Origin: Eledone cirrhosa
Taxonomy: Eukaryota
Assembly: GCA_964016885.1 (NCBI GenBank)
Contig: OZ024745.1
Coordinates: 93,806,001-93,870,000 of the forward strand
Length of the DNA stretch: 64,000 nt
Direction of reading: 5' to 3'
Position 1 is the stretch's first letter; each line of letters begins with the position of its first letter. Made by a program: the position numbers and the translations under genes. Shown in pieces: positions 38,510 to 52,499 of the stretch. The notes under the pieces are model-generated. The model saw only the letters and a program-made list of their open reading frames with translations. It did no database searches and was not told the DNA's origin.

Positions 38510-38772
38510 ATACTATGGGCATGTGGTTAGAATGTCTCAGGAAAGAATTGGTGGACAGATTTTACGGGCAAAACCAACAGGTAGGAGACCCAGAGTTAGA
38601 CCCTGAATAAGCTGGTTGGATAACATCAATGAGTATGGCTGGTCGCGCTTGAGAATCCAGCCGAATCAGTTGGAGACGGTTGCTTTTGATAGGACCCGCT
38701 GGAGGGAGTGTTTGAGGACTCTACCCCCACGACCCTCTAAGGAATAAGTGGACAAAGAAGAGAAGAAGAAGA
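38510..38772 (+). mobile_element. RTE-clade LINE 3' fragment; related pieces ~41775-42020 (-) and 14340-14410
   Basis: YYGHVVRMSQERIGGQILRAKPTGRRPRVRP*ISWLDNI followed by a GAAGA-rich tail. Confidence 0.75.
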
Positions 38773-39260
38773 AATAATTGATCATTTTAGCAAATCCCTC
38801 AGAATTCTTCATTAACTAATTGAAATAGATTGTATATCATTAGAAATATGGTAATGAAAGGGTTAAATATACAAGTGGCTGAACATGCCATAGATAAATG
38901 TACCGTTGTAGTTTTTAGAAAGATTTGGTGTGATACAGTGTATGGCAGGGTTGGCCCTTTTATTTATAGTTACAAAGCATGAGTGGACTGGAACAGCATT
39001 AAAATAAAGTGTCTTGCTCAAGTATATAATGCAGCACCAAAAATCCTACCAATACCCTTACAATCATGAGTCAGACATACAAACCACTAAGTTCTTAAAT
39101 ATACAAAAATAAATTAAAAGTGATATTTCCTGAATTCCTTTGCCATAATTAGACAAGCAAAACAGAAAGAGAGAGGGAAGGATGTGTATGTGTGTGTTCA
39201 ACCAATGCTAGCAGGGAAAGCGGACATTTAATGATAAAGGTAATATATAAATGATAATGA

Positions 39261-39303
<43 letters not shown>

Positions 39304-42300
39304 ATAACTATTGGAGTACACTAACTTCTGATACCTTATATCAAGTTCACTAAATACAGATATAGTATCACAAATAGCTTCTATGGTTAAAATTATAAAA
39401 AAGGTGGTTCTTGAAATAATTGAAATTGGCTAGCAGATTCTTAAATAATTAATTCTACATTTGGCACAAGGCCAGCAATTTGAAGGACAGGGGAAAATTG
39501 ATAAAATCAACCACAGTTCAATACTGGTGCTTTATCGACCCCGTAATGATTAAAAGCAAAGCTAACCTCAGTAGGATTTGAACTCAGAATGTAACTATAT
39601 GCCGCAAAGCATGTTGTCCGAAACTCTACCAATCCACTGCCTAGCTTCTTAAATAATGAGTTTATATATCTCAACAAAATTTCCTGAACTAGACAGCTGT
39701 ACATTGTTCCAGTTTATTGAGTGGAAAATAATACTAGGTCTTTTGTCTTTGATGGACTAACATTCTATACAGCATCACTTTTCTTTCTTTATGCTTTAGA
39801 ATCTTTTTTTCTTTTACAAAATTGAAAGGATTAACATGTTTACCAAAAATTAGAATGAGATTTTAAATGTGAAATGTAGTTGTTCCAATACAAATGACCA
39901 CACCAATAGTCAATCACTATAATAGTTATTTACACTTCTAGCTGCAGGCTAAATCTATAAAAAAAAAAAAGAAAAAAAAAAAAAAAAAAGAATTAATGGC
40001 CAGCAGCTCTTTAGTGTAGTGGTTAACACACTTGTCTGGAATCCAAAAAAATGTGGAGTTCGATTCCTTCAGGGAACCTCTGTCCACTTTTTTTAATTTT
40101 CTTTTATTTCATGGTTATTTTACCCGGTTTTCTCAACTATTATTTATAATGATCAATGGTATTATTGGCAGTATTGGTAGAGGGTCGGACGCCATGCTTT
40201 CCAGCATAGTTACGTCCCTTTACAATCTGAGTTCAAATCCCGCCGAGGTTGACTTTGCCTTTCATCCTTACGGGGGTCGATAAAATAAAGTACCAGTAAT
40301 GCACTGGGTAATTGCTGGCCTTGTGCCTAAAGTAGAAACAATTATTTATAATGATCAACTTATGGTCATTTGCATTGAAACAGCTACATTTTAAATCTCA
40401 AATTTTTCTAATGCTTTTTAAGTTTAAATCAAGCAGTTGAGATTTTAAATGATTAAATGCTTTGATTTACATAAATATTTATAGATATTTACAAATAGAT
40501 ATGTATATAAAAATATATCATTAAGTTGATCATGGTATGATTGGAGTATATATCGAAATAGAGTCTTGATTAACTCATTTCATGCTATATAACCTTTTTT
40601 CACTATATAGCAAAAAACACTATAGGTTAACTGTCAAAGACAATAGAACATTAAATTGTTAGGCTGATATACTACATGTATATACAATATGTAGTTTTTT
40701 GGCAACATTACTGAATCCAATATATCGGTCTCGCAGTTCTATAAACGTTAAATAGAATACAACTTTCCAATGCTGTCTATTCCCATGTGTTACCTTATTA
40801 TAGAATATTTGCTTCAACATTTGTGAAAATTCTGAATGTCCATAATTCATTCAAAATGGCATGAAAATCTGTAGGGAGGTGAGACATTAACAAACAAGCA
40901 AACAAAAATAATATTACAAAGTTTTAATGTTATTACAGCATTTCCATTTATATTTTAAATGAATATATCAGTTGCTGAAGATATCAACATTGAAAAGTAA
41001 TGAAATTATAACCTAACTCCAAGAGAAATCACTAAAGTATGCACTGATGTTTTTTTAGAGGCAAGTGAAGGCCTATTTTGGAATGTTCAAAAGAATGTTA
41101 TATATGTAGTATAGTGAAGGCATGTGGCTTTGTGGTTAGGGTATTCAGCTCACAATCGTAAGGCCATGAGTTTGATTCTCGGTGGTGCATTGTGTCCTTG
41201 AGCAAGACACTTTATTTCACGTTGCTCCAGTCCACTTAGTTGGGGAAAAAATGAGTTCTACCTGCAATTCACAGAGCCAGCCTTGTCACATGCTATGTCA
41301 CACTGAATCTCCATGAGAACTACATTAAAGGTACACGTGTCTGTGGAATGCTCAGCCACTTTCACGTTAATTTCTCGATCAGGCTGTTCCATTGATCAGA
41401 TCAACTGGAACACTCGTCCTCGTCGTCATAGCCGACGGAATGTTAGTTTTTTTGGATTTTTTTTTTAATAGATGAAAAACTTTGATCAAGTAAGATTATA
41501 CAAGCAATTATTAGACTAAATATCTCTCACAGGTTATTTAGAAAAAAAAAAAAAAAAATTATTGTGATGGTGTGAGACCTAGTATTATGATAAGATCGTC
41601 AGTTCAAATTCCCACTGCATACAGTATTATGTCCTTGAGCAAGGCACTTCATTTCATGTTGCTCCAGACAAATCAGCTGGAAATGGATACCAGCAGCAGC
41701 TAGGGTCACTTTGTGATAGAATGGCACCATAACTGTATTTAACACCACATGAAATTGAGATAAGTGATTCTTTGATTCTTTCCTGAGACATTCTAACCAC
41801 ATGCCCATAGTATCGGAGCTGTGATCTCTCAGTTCAGAGAAGTAACGGCTCTACCTGGAGTGACTCCCTGATCTCTAAGCTACTCACTCTATCGAGTAAC
41901 GTTATTCTGAAGATCCTTCAGAGAAATCACATTTCAGCCATTTGTATTCGCGATCGCATTCTCTCGGTCATTAGCCAAGATTCATGACCATAGATAAGGG
42001 TTGGCACAAATGCCGAATTGAAGATAGTAAAAAATATAAAGATTAAAATGTATTTTGTATAGTGTATTTTGTAATTTACATTGTTAAAATCATTGATTAG
42101 AAGATTAAAATATAATCTGTATTATTTTGTAATTTACGTTGTTAAAATACTAAGTGAAAATGTATCACTTCAAGAAGCATTTTCTGATTTTTGATATTAA
42201 CGCTTCTTGGCGTGTGTATGTTCGACATTATTTCAAATAACTTTCTAGTTATCTCACTTTTCTTTTCTTCACATTTTCCCCTTATGTTTATTTTGGGTGA

Positions 42301-43916
42301 CAATTCTTTTTGCTGATTCAAATAAAGTTAGAAATTGAAATAGGATTTCGCTTCAAGCATAGCTTTATACAATATGTATAAATATTTTGTATCTCCAAAG
42401 TTAGAAATTGTTTTACAATCCTTCACTACTATGGGAACAGAGTGATGGAGTGGAACGTAATGAAACAAACTCCTATCGTATATTTCATAGTGATTGGTTT
42501 GAACGGTTTGTTGGTTAGCCACAGGCGAACCTTCATCGAATAGATCTATATTCAAGGATATTCCAGTTGTACCAATCCAATTTTTTAAAAGGTATCTAGG
42601 ACTATATGATCTGTATTTCTCTTTAACAACAATAGGATGTGAATTGAGAGATCCAGCTGCTATTTCTATGATCAAAACATATTTCAGAAAGAAATTCGGA
42701 AAAAGGGTATTAAAAAATTTACAGAAGAAAAAAGAAAATCGAAAATGTTTTGGGTTAAAATAAGTTATGGAGGTGGAATGCTTATTTCGAAAACCGGTCT
42801 TGGTTTGGTTTCATTAAATAAAAGGTCGGACACTCCTTTCATTGAATTTGATAATTTTAGACAAGGTGTGATCACAAATGAAATTGAAAAAAATGCGCAG
42901 TTTCTAATCTAACCTTTCTTCATTTCTTTCAACGTTTCCTTTAATAAGCAAGTTTATTTCACGCGAAACAAGTTAAAACGTAAGATAAAATGTCCCAGCC
43001 TACTTAAAATTCAACGCTAGTTTCTCATTTAAACCTACAACAGCAATTAAACGAGATTTAAAAGAAAAAAAAAAACAAGACAAAAATAAAACCTAATTCG
43101 AATAATTTGTTCAAGATTCCCACCTAAGAGCAAATTTTCATGTACAGAAACCAACGGTATCTATTTAAATCTCTACAAACGTTTTGAAGAGCCCAGGAGA
43201 GATAGAAGCAAGAAGATCCCTAAAAGTCCAGATCTTGAGCCAATTTCAATCCACTTCACATATGTTGTTCCGGAAACAATGTAAACATTACGAAATCTCA
43301 TCCTTAATAAAATGAATACTATAACACTACTTCGGTATTGAGCACTCCTTTCTCTAAGCCGTCAACCACATACGGATACATACATACACACACATATGTA
43401 TTTAACTCAAAGTTATAAATGTGGGTAAGATGAATGATTATTCGTTCGATTGAAATTAGAAAGTATGTGTAACTTTTAAAAAATACACACACGCCGATTA
43501 AGAAAGGGGAGATAATTCTAAATGATAATTCTATGTCTGTTAAAATAGCTGACCGAGAAAATCAATTTCATTTTAGGTAAAATTTTAAAAAAATGAAATT
43601 TACAAAAAAATATTAATAAACTTCAGATACTCACAACAACATAATATAGTATCATGTAAAAAATAAATCCGCATTGGTAATAAATACTATTCCCTCCCCC
43701 TTTTTTCCTACTTTAATTTACTTTCTTTCTGTTGACTTGATGTATAAATCCATTTATACATGTCACTTAAAAAACTACAAGCTATTTTACAGCTTGTTAT
43801 CTGTCTAGACACATTAGGATGAATGATGATTTTCTTACAGGAATTACGTTGTTGATGTTTCTTTCTTGGACATAGTGAAAAGTCACGAGAAAGAATATTT
43901 GTGTATGCGTGATTTG

Positions 43917-43952
<36 letters not shown>

Positions 43953-44261
43953 GTGTGTGTGTATGTGAATGTAATTGCTTTTTGTACTCAAGTCTAATCA
44001 GTCAGGGTCACCAAGACACTATCAACGACCATAATACAACTTTAATAAACGACTGACACACGTTAAAAAAAAACACACACACACACACAACACCCACCTA
44101 TTATCATGAAGTGTAGGTGGAGAAGAATATGTGAACTATTAACAAAAGATCGTGGGCTCAAACCATTACGTTGTCATGGACAAAGAAATACCAACTACGA
44201 AAAGTCGATGAATTGTCTATTGAAAGAGATAGAAAGAAAGAAAAACCATTAACCTCGACCA

Positions 44262-46190
44262 ATCATACACCGCCTTCTGAGTGCAATTGTGGTGCTCACC
44301 AATAGGCTCATCCATGGCACTCTGGACCCTCAGGCACGAGGCCTCTTTTTTTCGACTAGCCTCACCGCTCTCAGGAAGAAAGAGGGTGGCATACGCCCCA
44401 TCGCCGTGGGCAATGTCTTCCGGAGGCTGGCTGCCAAGGTGGTCTGCAGGTCCATAACACCCGAACTGGGTGAGGACTTCAGTCCGGTGCAACTGGGTGT
44501 CGGCGTGTCCGGTGGCTGTGAGGGGCCGCACCAAGCAGTTCTTCAACAGCTGCCCACCGGAACCGGCATCCAGGCACCTCATTGTCAAGCTTGACAAGAG
44601 GAATGCCTTCAACTGTTTACGCCGGGACCATCTGCTCGATGCCTGCCTCAGCCGAGCCCCCTCTGCCTACTCGCTGGCCTACCTATCGTATGGAGCCCCG
44701 AGCATGCTCCTTGCTGCTGATACGGTCATACCTTCGACCACCGGGGTCCAACAGGGCGACCCTTTGGGATCCCTCCCGTTTTCCCTTGGTATAGACCACA
44801 TCGCCCGGAGTATCACGGCCCCTCTCAATGTTTGGTGTCTGGATGATGCTACGTTGGGCGGGTCCGTACAGACTGTCTGCCATGACCCACAATCGGTGGT
44901 ACCTGCCCTGGCAGGAATCGGTCTCCAGGTCAACTCGGCCAAGTCGGAGGTGGTGAATGTCAGCCACGATGCTGAGAGCTTTGCAGCCTCCGTCTCGGAT
45001 GTGCGGTCCATTCTCCACCAGGTACAGGTGACCCCCAAAGTCTTGTATCCGAGAAGCAGCCGAGGAGATATGCAACGTCAAGTTTGACGACATTGGATGG
45101 CAACAGGCCACTTTACCTGTCAGGTATGGCATCCTTGGCTTCTGGTCCCCGATCTCACTGGCTTTGCCGGCGTATCTTTCGTTGGAAACCTCATGCCGCG
45201 TCTTTGTTAGCAGGGTTCTTCTAAACACAATAGAACCCTCTGTGTTCAGAGAACGTGAGGCCGCCTGTGACTTAACCCAGTAGACGTCCCTCCTCCTTCT
45301 CCCCCCGTTGACGTCCAGTCCCCTCAAAGCACTTGGGATGCCATCCAGTGTAGCCTGACCTCAGTCAGGGTCACACGCCAGCTTGACCAGCTTGTTTTCG
45401 TGTGGCCTCCAAACCCCACAGTGGTGCCTGGCTCCATGCCCTGCCCTCCTTCTCCACTGGCACGCAGCTAGACAACAATAGCCTGCGCATCGGCGTTTCT
45501 CTGAGGCTCGGCCTCCGGATCTGCAAGCCACACCAATGTCGCTGCGGTTCCATCGTGGACTCTTTCGACTTCCACCCACTTTCCTGTCGCCACAGTGCCG
45601 GCCGCCTTCCACGCCATGCTGCCCTCAGCGAGGTCATAAAGCATGGCTTGGATGCTGCAGGCTTCCCTTCCCAGCTCGGTGGGGCTGGACCGAGGGGACA
45701 GCAAAAGGCCAGATGGCATGACCATCTTCCCGTTCCGCGGCGGCAAACCCCTCGTCTGGGATGCCACTTGCACCGACACTTTCTGCAGCCACAACCTGGT
45801 GCAATCTGCAACTAACCCAGGTTCTGCTGCACGTCAGGCTGAGGAGGCTAAGCTCCTCAAATACCGGCCACTCTCCAACAGGTTTGCGGTTGTACCCCTG
45901 GTAGTGGAGACTTCTGGTGTCATCGGCCCTAGGACTACCTCCCTACTCACCCCCATAGGTGAGCTGGCCAGCCACAGGTGTGAGCCCCGCGAGTTGGAGT
46001 GGCTTTTCCAGCACGTCTCCCTTGCCGCCCTCTGGGGAAACGCCTTCTCCATTCTGACCACCAGGGCTGTGGGTGGGGGGCATCGCGTATCATTCCATAT
46101 TTAATTATGGTCGGTATGTGTGATGTTTTGGATGTTGACGAAGACGCAATTGAGTTAACTATATAACAATCTAAAAAATAATAAATAAAT
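44262..46190 (+). mobile_element. CRE-like non-LTR retrotransposon (RT + restriction-like endonuclease), frameshifted
   Basis: GGIRPIAVGNVFRRLAAK, QLGVG, KLD.RNAFN, GVQQGDPLG, CLDD; LRLG...CRCG...H.LSC...RH; KRPDGMT...LVWDATC; VETSG; AT-rich tail with AATAAA. Confidence 0.9.
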
Positions 46191-46974
46191 GTTATCCGGG
46201 TCCTGGTGTGTCTCTTGGTGAAAGTTAAATTTCTCCTTTGATAGAACGCCCCGTCAATCTAGTTCTTGTTTCTGGCAGTTCACTGAGCTAACATAATGGA
46301 GTGTCTCTGCCTTAAAACACAAAACACCAGCAGCAAATCTCAACTAATACTTATTTATCTTTTCGAGGTCGATAGAAAAGTACCAGTCCAGTACTGGGTC
46401 GATTCTCTCTCTCGAAGAAGAAGAAATTGGCTGTGTTCAGACCTGAAGAGGGATGGGCTCCGCCAGGTTTAAAGTATTCAAGACACGCTGTATGTCATAA
46501 CGGTAACTCTATTCCCGGAATTATGGGACCATACTATACCATACAATGTAGTTCAATACTTTATCCACACGACCATTTCATTTCCTTGCTTCAATCTAAA
46601 AAGAAAATAGAGGCGGGGACCTATAGGTGCTAACTTTTAACAAATTCAGAAAGAACGCGATTTCGAAAAGATAAATTGAAGTCATATTTTCTGTTTGAGG
46701 AGGTAATATATGACTTCAGTTCACCCGTGGAAAAAACGGATTTGAGCTTGGGATATATGCTAATAGGTTCTGGCCAGAGGTTAAGTGGGTAGGGCACTCA
46801 TGGATTTACCACATCTAAATAAGATCAACAACATAGAATGATGATGATGATGATATATGAGAGAGAGGGGGTGAATAAGAAAACAAATGTTATTGAAGAA
46901 AAATATTTTTTCTTAAAAAAATGTTATTCTCTATTTTCCTCTGAATATATCACGGAGTTGTCAATACGTTTTAA

Positions 46975-47027
46975 GAATGTCATACAGCACCGTTTCAAGA
47001 TTTGTTAATCTTTCATCAGTGAAACTC
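46975..47027 (-). ncRNA. Type-I hammerhead ribozyme motif, same family as 10284-10334
   Basis: Minus strand GAGTTTCA-CTGATGA-AAGAT(TAACAA)ATCTT-GAAACG(GTGC)TGTA-TGACATTC; flanks ~46915-47100 homologous to ~10210-10395. Confidence 0.8.
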
Positions 47028-47148
47028 ATTCAACCCATGCTGGCATGAAATAGTCTAGAGTCTATATAGTATTTAGCATCATGATCATTTGCTGGTGATG
47101 TTCATTTCCATATAGCAAATTTAGCTGTTTATATCTAATTATCTCTCT

Positions 47149-47191
<43 letters not shown>

Positions 47192-47684
47192 TACTTGGGT
47201 GGGGAGGGTCATATTGTTATAATATTGCCAGAAATAATAACAGAACACACTCACTGTTTGGTTTGGGTTGATTTTCGCTTCTGTATCTTATATATCTCCA
47301 TAGTTAATTTATTTGGCAATCAATGTTTATCATTGATTGACCAGTGGTTAAAAATCATCATTTTACGTTCGCTTTTTCCCTGCTTGCAAGGGTGGGACGG
47401 GAACTGATTCTGGCTTGATTTCTACAGCTGGATGCCCTTCCTAACACCAACCTCATTTACAGTGAGTGCTGGGTACTTTTTTTTCGGCGTTGGTCAGTGT
47501 GGGCTGGGTGTTTTTTTTTTTTTTGCCGTGGCACCTCCACGACCACTTTGCAGTGGAATGATAGGGACCCTAGTCCTATCATCTCATTTCTACAGCTGAG
47601 TAAACTGGAGCAATGTGAAATAAAGTGTCTTGCTCAAGGAAACAACACATCACCCGGTCTGAGAATACAGATATAAATATATAT

Positions 47685-48150
47685 AGTCTATCAAAGTTCT
47701 TTCATCGCACATCTGCGACATCATCAGTGGTACTATTATGTTTCCTCCCATTGTATTGTAAAGTTTACGCCATTTTATTTTATCTATTTATTTCTTCTTG
47801 TCCGTCTCTGCGCATGCGTATAACGTTTGGTGTGTGTTCGCGTTCGAGTATGTCTTTTTGTATTCTATCTTTGTTCACTTTGTGTTTATATGTGTTTGTT
47901 ATTATTGTATTTGTGTATATATTTATTTATTTATTTATATTTCCCTTAAGTCAGTATTGTTTGTTTGAGTATGGTTGTTATTCCATTCATTCTTTCTGTT
48001 CAACTTCGGTCTTAGTTCCATCTCTGATTTGCCTACCTGTTGAGTCATTTCTATGCTTAGATATTATTTCAATTTCTATGTCGTCTATACTACCGTCATG
48101 TCTTTGTCTGGCGTGTTCATATCAACACGCCAGACAAAGTACTGAACCGT
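47685..48150 (-). mobile_element. Penelope-like element 3' fragment (GIY-YIG C-terminus, 3' UTR, hammerhead)
   Basis: Minus strand from 48121: YEHARQRHDGSIDDIEIEIISKHRNDSTGRQIR, frameshift, ELRPKLNRKNEW; 16-bp foldback at the 5' junction (48102-48117/48124-48139); TA-rich flanks. Confidence 0.7.
47689..47732 (-). ncRNA. Degenerate minimal hammerhead motif
   Basis: Minus strand TACCA-CTGATGA-TGTCGCA(GATG)TGCGAT-GAAAG(AA)CTT-TGATA; one stem I mismatch and an extra base before stem II. Confidence 0.55.
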
Positions 48151-50030
48151 TTTATATATAGTGTGCGTGTCCATATCTACATTTTTATTTGCATCTATGT
48201 CCCAATAAAATAATTACCAAATTTGAAAGAACACTGGGGTCAATGTTACTAACTAAATCAAAGTGGTGCTCCAGCATGGCCACAGCATAATGATTGAAAT
48301 AAGTAAAACAAAAAAATATATACACATAGAATAACTACTAAAGTTTCAGAGGTCTAATTAATAAAAATTATCTAAAAAAAAAAAAAGCAAAAAAAAAAAA
48401 ACCCTGAAGGTTTAGTAGAGGCACGAGAAATGACTACATAGACACAGAGGTTTATAAGTAACAGGTAAGGCTGTTTGGTTAAAGTTACTTCATGTTGTTC
48501 TGGATTTAGTCATGCTGCATAACTAATGCCTTATGATAGATATACATACATATATATATATCTCACAGGGCATTATCATCATCACCGTTTTACATCCATT
48601 CTTCCATGCAAGCATTGGTCAGACGAGTTGTCCTGTTGAGGGCAATGCCAAGTCAGGTGACAATGTCTTGCTCATACAGAACTGATTCTGGCTTGATTTC
48701 TATGGCTGGATGCCCTTTCTAACACCAACCCCATGTACAAGTCATTATATATATATATATATATATATATATAACAAAAAGCACCCAGCCCACACTGTAA
48801 AGTGGTCGTGTAGGTGTTATGACAAAAAGCACCCAGTATACACTGTAAATGTGGTTGGCATTAGGAAGAGCATCCAGCTGTAGAAATCTGACCAGAAACA
48901 GTTCTATATGAGCAAGACACGGTCACCTGACCTGGCATTGTTCACAACAGGACAACCCGTCTAACCCATGCTAGCATGGAAAATGGACATTGAATTATGA
49001 TGATGATATATATATATATATATATATATATATCTATCATCATCAGTCTGCTTTTCCCTCCTTGCAAGGGTGGGACGGGAACCGATTCTGGCTTGATTTC
49101 TACAGCTGGATGCCCTTCCTAACAACAACCTCATTTACAGTGAGTGCTGGGTGCTTTTTTTTTCATGGTGCCTACACGTCCACTTTACAGTGTGGGCTGG
49201 GTGCTTTTTTGCCGTGGCACCTCCACGATTACTTTGCAGTGGAATGATAGAGACCCCAGTCCCTATTGTCTTATTTCTACAGCTGAGTAATGTGAAATAA
49301 AGTGCCTTGCTTAAGGACACAACACATCACCCAGTCTGAGAATTGAACTCACAACCTTTCGATTGCAAGGCCAATGCTCTAACCACTAAGCCATGTATAT
49401 ATATATACATATATATGAGAATTCTGGTAAAATTTATGTACATTTTTTCTTCAAACCTCGATTTTGTACCTAATTCCGTGTAGTTAACTATTTGTCTAGT
49501 CAATTTCTACAGGCTAGAAGAAATAATTAGGTAAGTGTCATATGGCTGTACATCGCAGAAAAGAATATATATCATTTCTCTATTATTTCTTCATAAGTAC
49601 ATTTTAAACTTATAGCCTCGTTTAAATGATTTTTTATGTGGTTGATTTATACTGATTAGGAGAGGAAATACTGTATATATTTTATCTAATGATTCTTTGG
49701 ACTTACATTTTTATATATATATATATACATATATAGATAGATATGTGGAGGCATGTGGCCTAGTGGTAAGGGTGTTGGACTTACGATCATAATGTCGTGG
49801 GCTCGATTCCTGGGTTGCGTGTTGTGTTCTTGAACAAAACACTTCATTTCACGTTGCTCCAGTATACTCAGCTGAAAATGAGTACCAATAGCTGGAGGTT
49901 TAACCCTGCGATGGACTGGAGTCCTGTCCAGTCTTGTACTCTCAGTCGCTTCACGCCATGAAACCGGGATAAGCACCGGCCAAATGAGCCTTCTGGCTTA
50001 AGACAGACTTTAGACTATATATAGATATAG

Positions 50031-50073
<43 letters not shown>

Positions 50074-52499
50074 CATATGTATACACACAGACCTTTTAAT
50101 AAAACAAAGTAGTTTGAAGTTTGTTGCAGGAACTGACATATTTTCAAATGACAGGAAATTGCGAGATACATTTGAAAATATTATAATTTACTACATTCCA
50201 AGAACTTCCTGGGATCCTAAAAGGAAAGCCATTTCATCCAAAAATCCTGGGATAAGCCAATTTGTTCCATATGAGAAACCTTAATGCTGATATGTAAACT
50301 TGTAAAGCAAGCTAGTTGCCATAGAGCTTGACTAATATTCAAAATCAATTGGCAATTTTATATATATTATTCCTTGGCTGGCTTCTATTTGTTGCTGCTG
50401 TTCCTTTAGTCAATGACTAGCAGCTGGTAGTAATTGGCATTGTTAAAATATAAGCATGATCTGGATGGCAAGTTTCATTTTAGCTCTCTTTTGTCCTGAC
50501 AGTTACAGCATTTAGAACTTAACATACATTTGTATTTCCTTAGTTTACAACAGTACTCATCATTTTTTTCACATTGGAAAAAAACTTCTTAAGCCTCTTA
50601 CTTCAACATTAACAAGATAAAGTCTTTTTAGCCTTGTGCAAACCATGAGTGCATCTAAGACTTTGCCAAAGCTTTCAACAAACTTGACCGCAAACCAACA
50701 ATAGATCCTCTAAGCAGTTACTTAACCTGCTAGCAAAAATAGTTAAATCACCCTCAAATTCTACACAATCGTGAAAAAAAAGCAAAACAAGTAGGATACA
50801 TTAGACAGTTTAGTCCTAGATATTGAAAAGATAGGATGGTTATGACCATGATGCCATTCATCATTCTGTTTGATGCAGGCAGACCTAGAGCAAATGATCA
50901 AACTAGACATTGGAATGTTATGCCACAAACAGTGAGCTTGCATTTCACAATAAGTGTTTGAATTCCGAGCTTCCTGAACAAAAAAAAAACCAAATGGTTA
51001 CAAACTAATGGAATACTATCAACAAAATCTGTAACAGTACCATCTGTAACAGTACTGTTCTTGGACTTCCCATATATTATCATGTTTAATCTGCTAGTCC
51101 TGTGTTGTGCAGATAACACTAAAGTGCCACTTAAATTCCTCATAATTGTTTAACCCTTTAGCATTTACATTACTCTATATTTACTATTGTATTTTCACAG
51201 TAAAGGCTCTACATCATATAATTATCTCACATAATATCGAATCTATGAGATTTTGATGTTATTTATTTTGAGAACAATATCTTAACATCAATATGAGTGG
51301 CCAGTTACAGACAGTTTGAACAGAAATAGTGGAGAGAATACTGGCTGGATATGGCCGATTTAAACTCTAAAGAATTTACATCCATTTTCCCTGCAAGCAA
51401 AAGTTGGACAGGTTTACATAGACGAAACTACCGAGGTCATACATTCTATCGAGTGCACAGGAGTTGTCATATCTTTGACACAAACTGAAGCATCCTCCTA
51501 ACTCCTTGTTTGGTAAGCTATCTATGGTTGGATGCCCTTTCTATCAGCAACCACTTTACAGCATATACTAGATGCTTTTAAAGGTGAGAAATTGTATTCA
51601 AAGACTACAAGAAATGTTTTCACATCTACCTTTGTACCTGTCTTGTTTTATGTATTGAGTTTTCTCCATATTTATCTTTTTTTTTTTTACACGCATTTAA
51701 AAAAAAATCTTTATAAAACATCACTGAAACCTCCAGTTATTATTGTATAACTGTCATGTACATCCCTACACATTTTTATATGTGATTGTATGTGTGACTA
51801 ACAATGCATGTAATTGTTTGTCGTGGCTAAATAAAGGAAATCATTATTATTCTGCATCAAGGCAAATATAAAGTTCTGTGCTCCATAATATGGGAAGGAA
51901 ATATTCAATTGAGCAAACCTGCTGCACCTAAACAAAGAACCACTTTCAAACTTGGATAAAGACACCATAGGACAACAACAGTGTTGTGTTTAACCTTTTT
52001 GATGCCATATTTTTATGTTTTTCAATTGATTTTGTAAATAATCAACAATTTGAAGAAATTTACTAAAATAACTGACCATATTATTAAGAGGGTGTTTAAT
52101 ACATAGCTGAAGAAAGATATGCTTCTATAACATTATTTCTTATTTAAATATAAATACTTTAAAACAAGAAGTTTGTTATAAAAGTATTGGGGCAGTCTTA
52201 GACAAGTTGGTATCAAAGGGACCCTAAACTATTTAGTTAACTAGCTAATGTGATGATGACTAATCTCCTTTGTTAAATCTCCTCTGTTATGATTATAGCC
52301 CATGTCTGAAACTAGCCATCTTCAGTAGTTATATATTCAGTGTATAGAGCAGTCTCTAGCAACTCACTGATTCACCACTACAAACAAACATTGTAAAACC
52401 TAAAATACAATGCTGGAGGACAAAATACAGTGTGTAGAGTAATGTTCCAGCATAAACGAAACTTAGTGATTTGAAACTAACTAAAGAAAAAAAATATCA

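Noticed and set aside
40000-40080. tRNA-like sequence with A- and B-box motifs
   Set aside because: Stems do not form a cloverleaf; likely a decayed SINE head or pseudo-tRNA.
40797-40868. Acceptor-like CCCTACAG followed by DFHAILNELWTFRIFTNVEANIL* on the minus strand
   Set aside because: Short, no recognisable homology and no partner exons found.
46435-46535. CTGAAGA-GGGAT...ATTCCC-GGAAT possible hammerhead
   Set aside because: GAAA box is altered and no stem I or stem III complement follows.
49510-49620. AGGCTA-GAAGAAATAAT...ATTATTTCTTC...TAGCCT foldback
   Set aside because: Some pairing, but neither hammerhead core box is intact.
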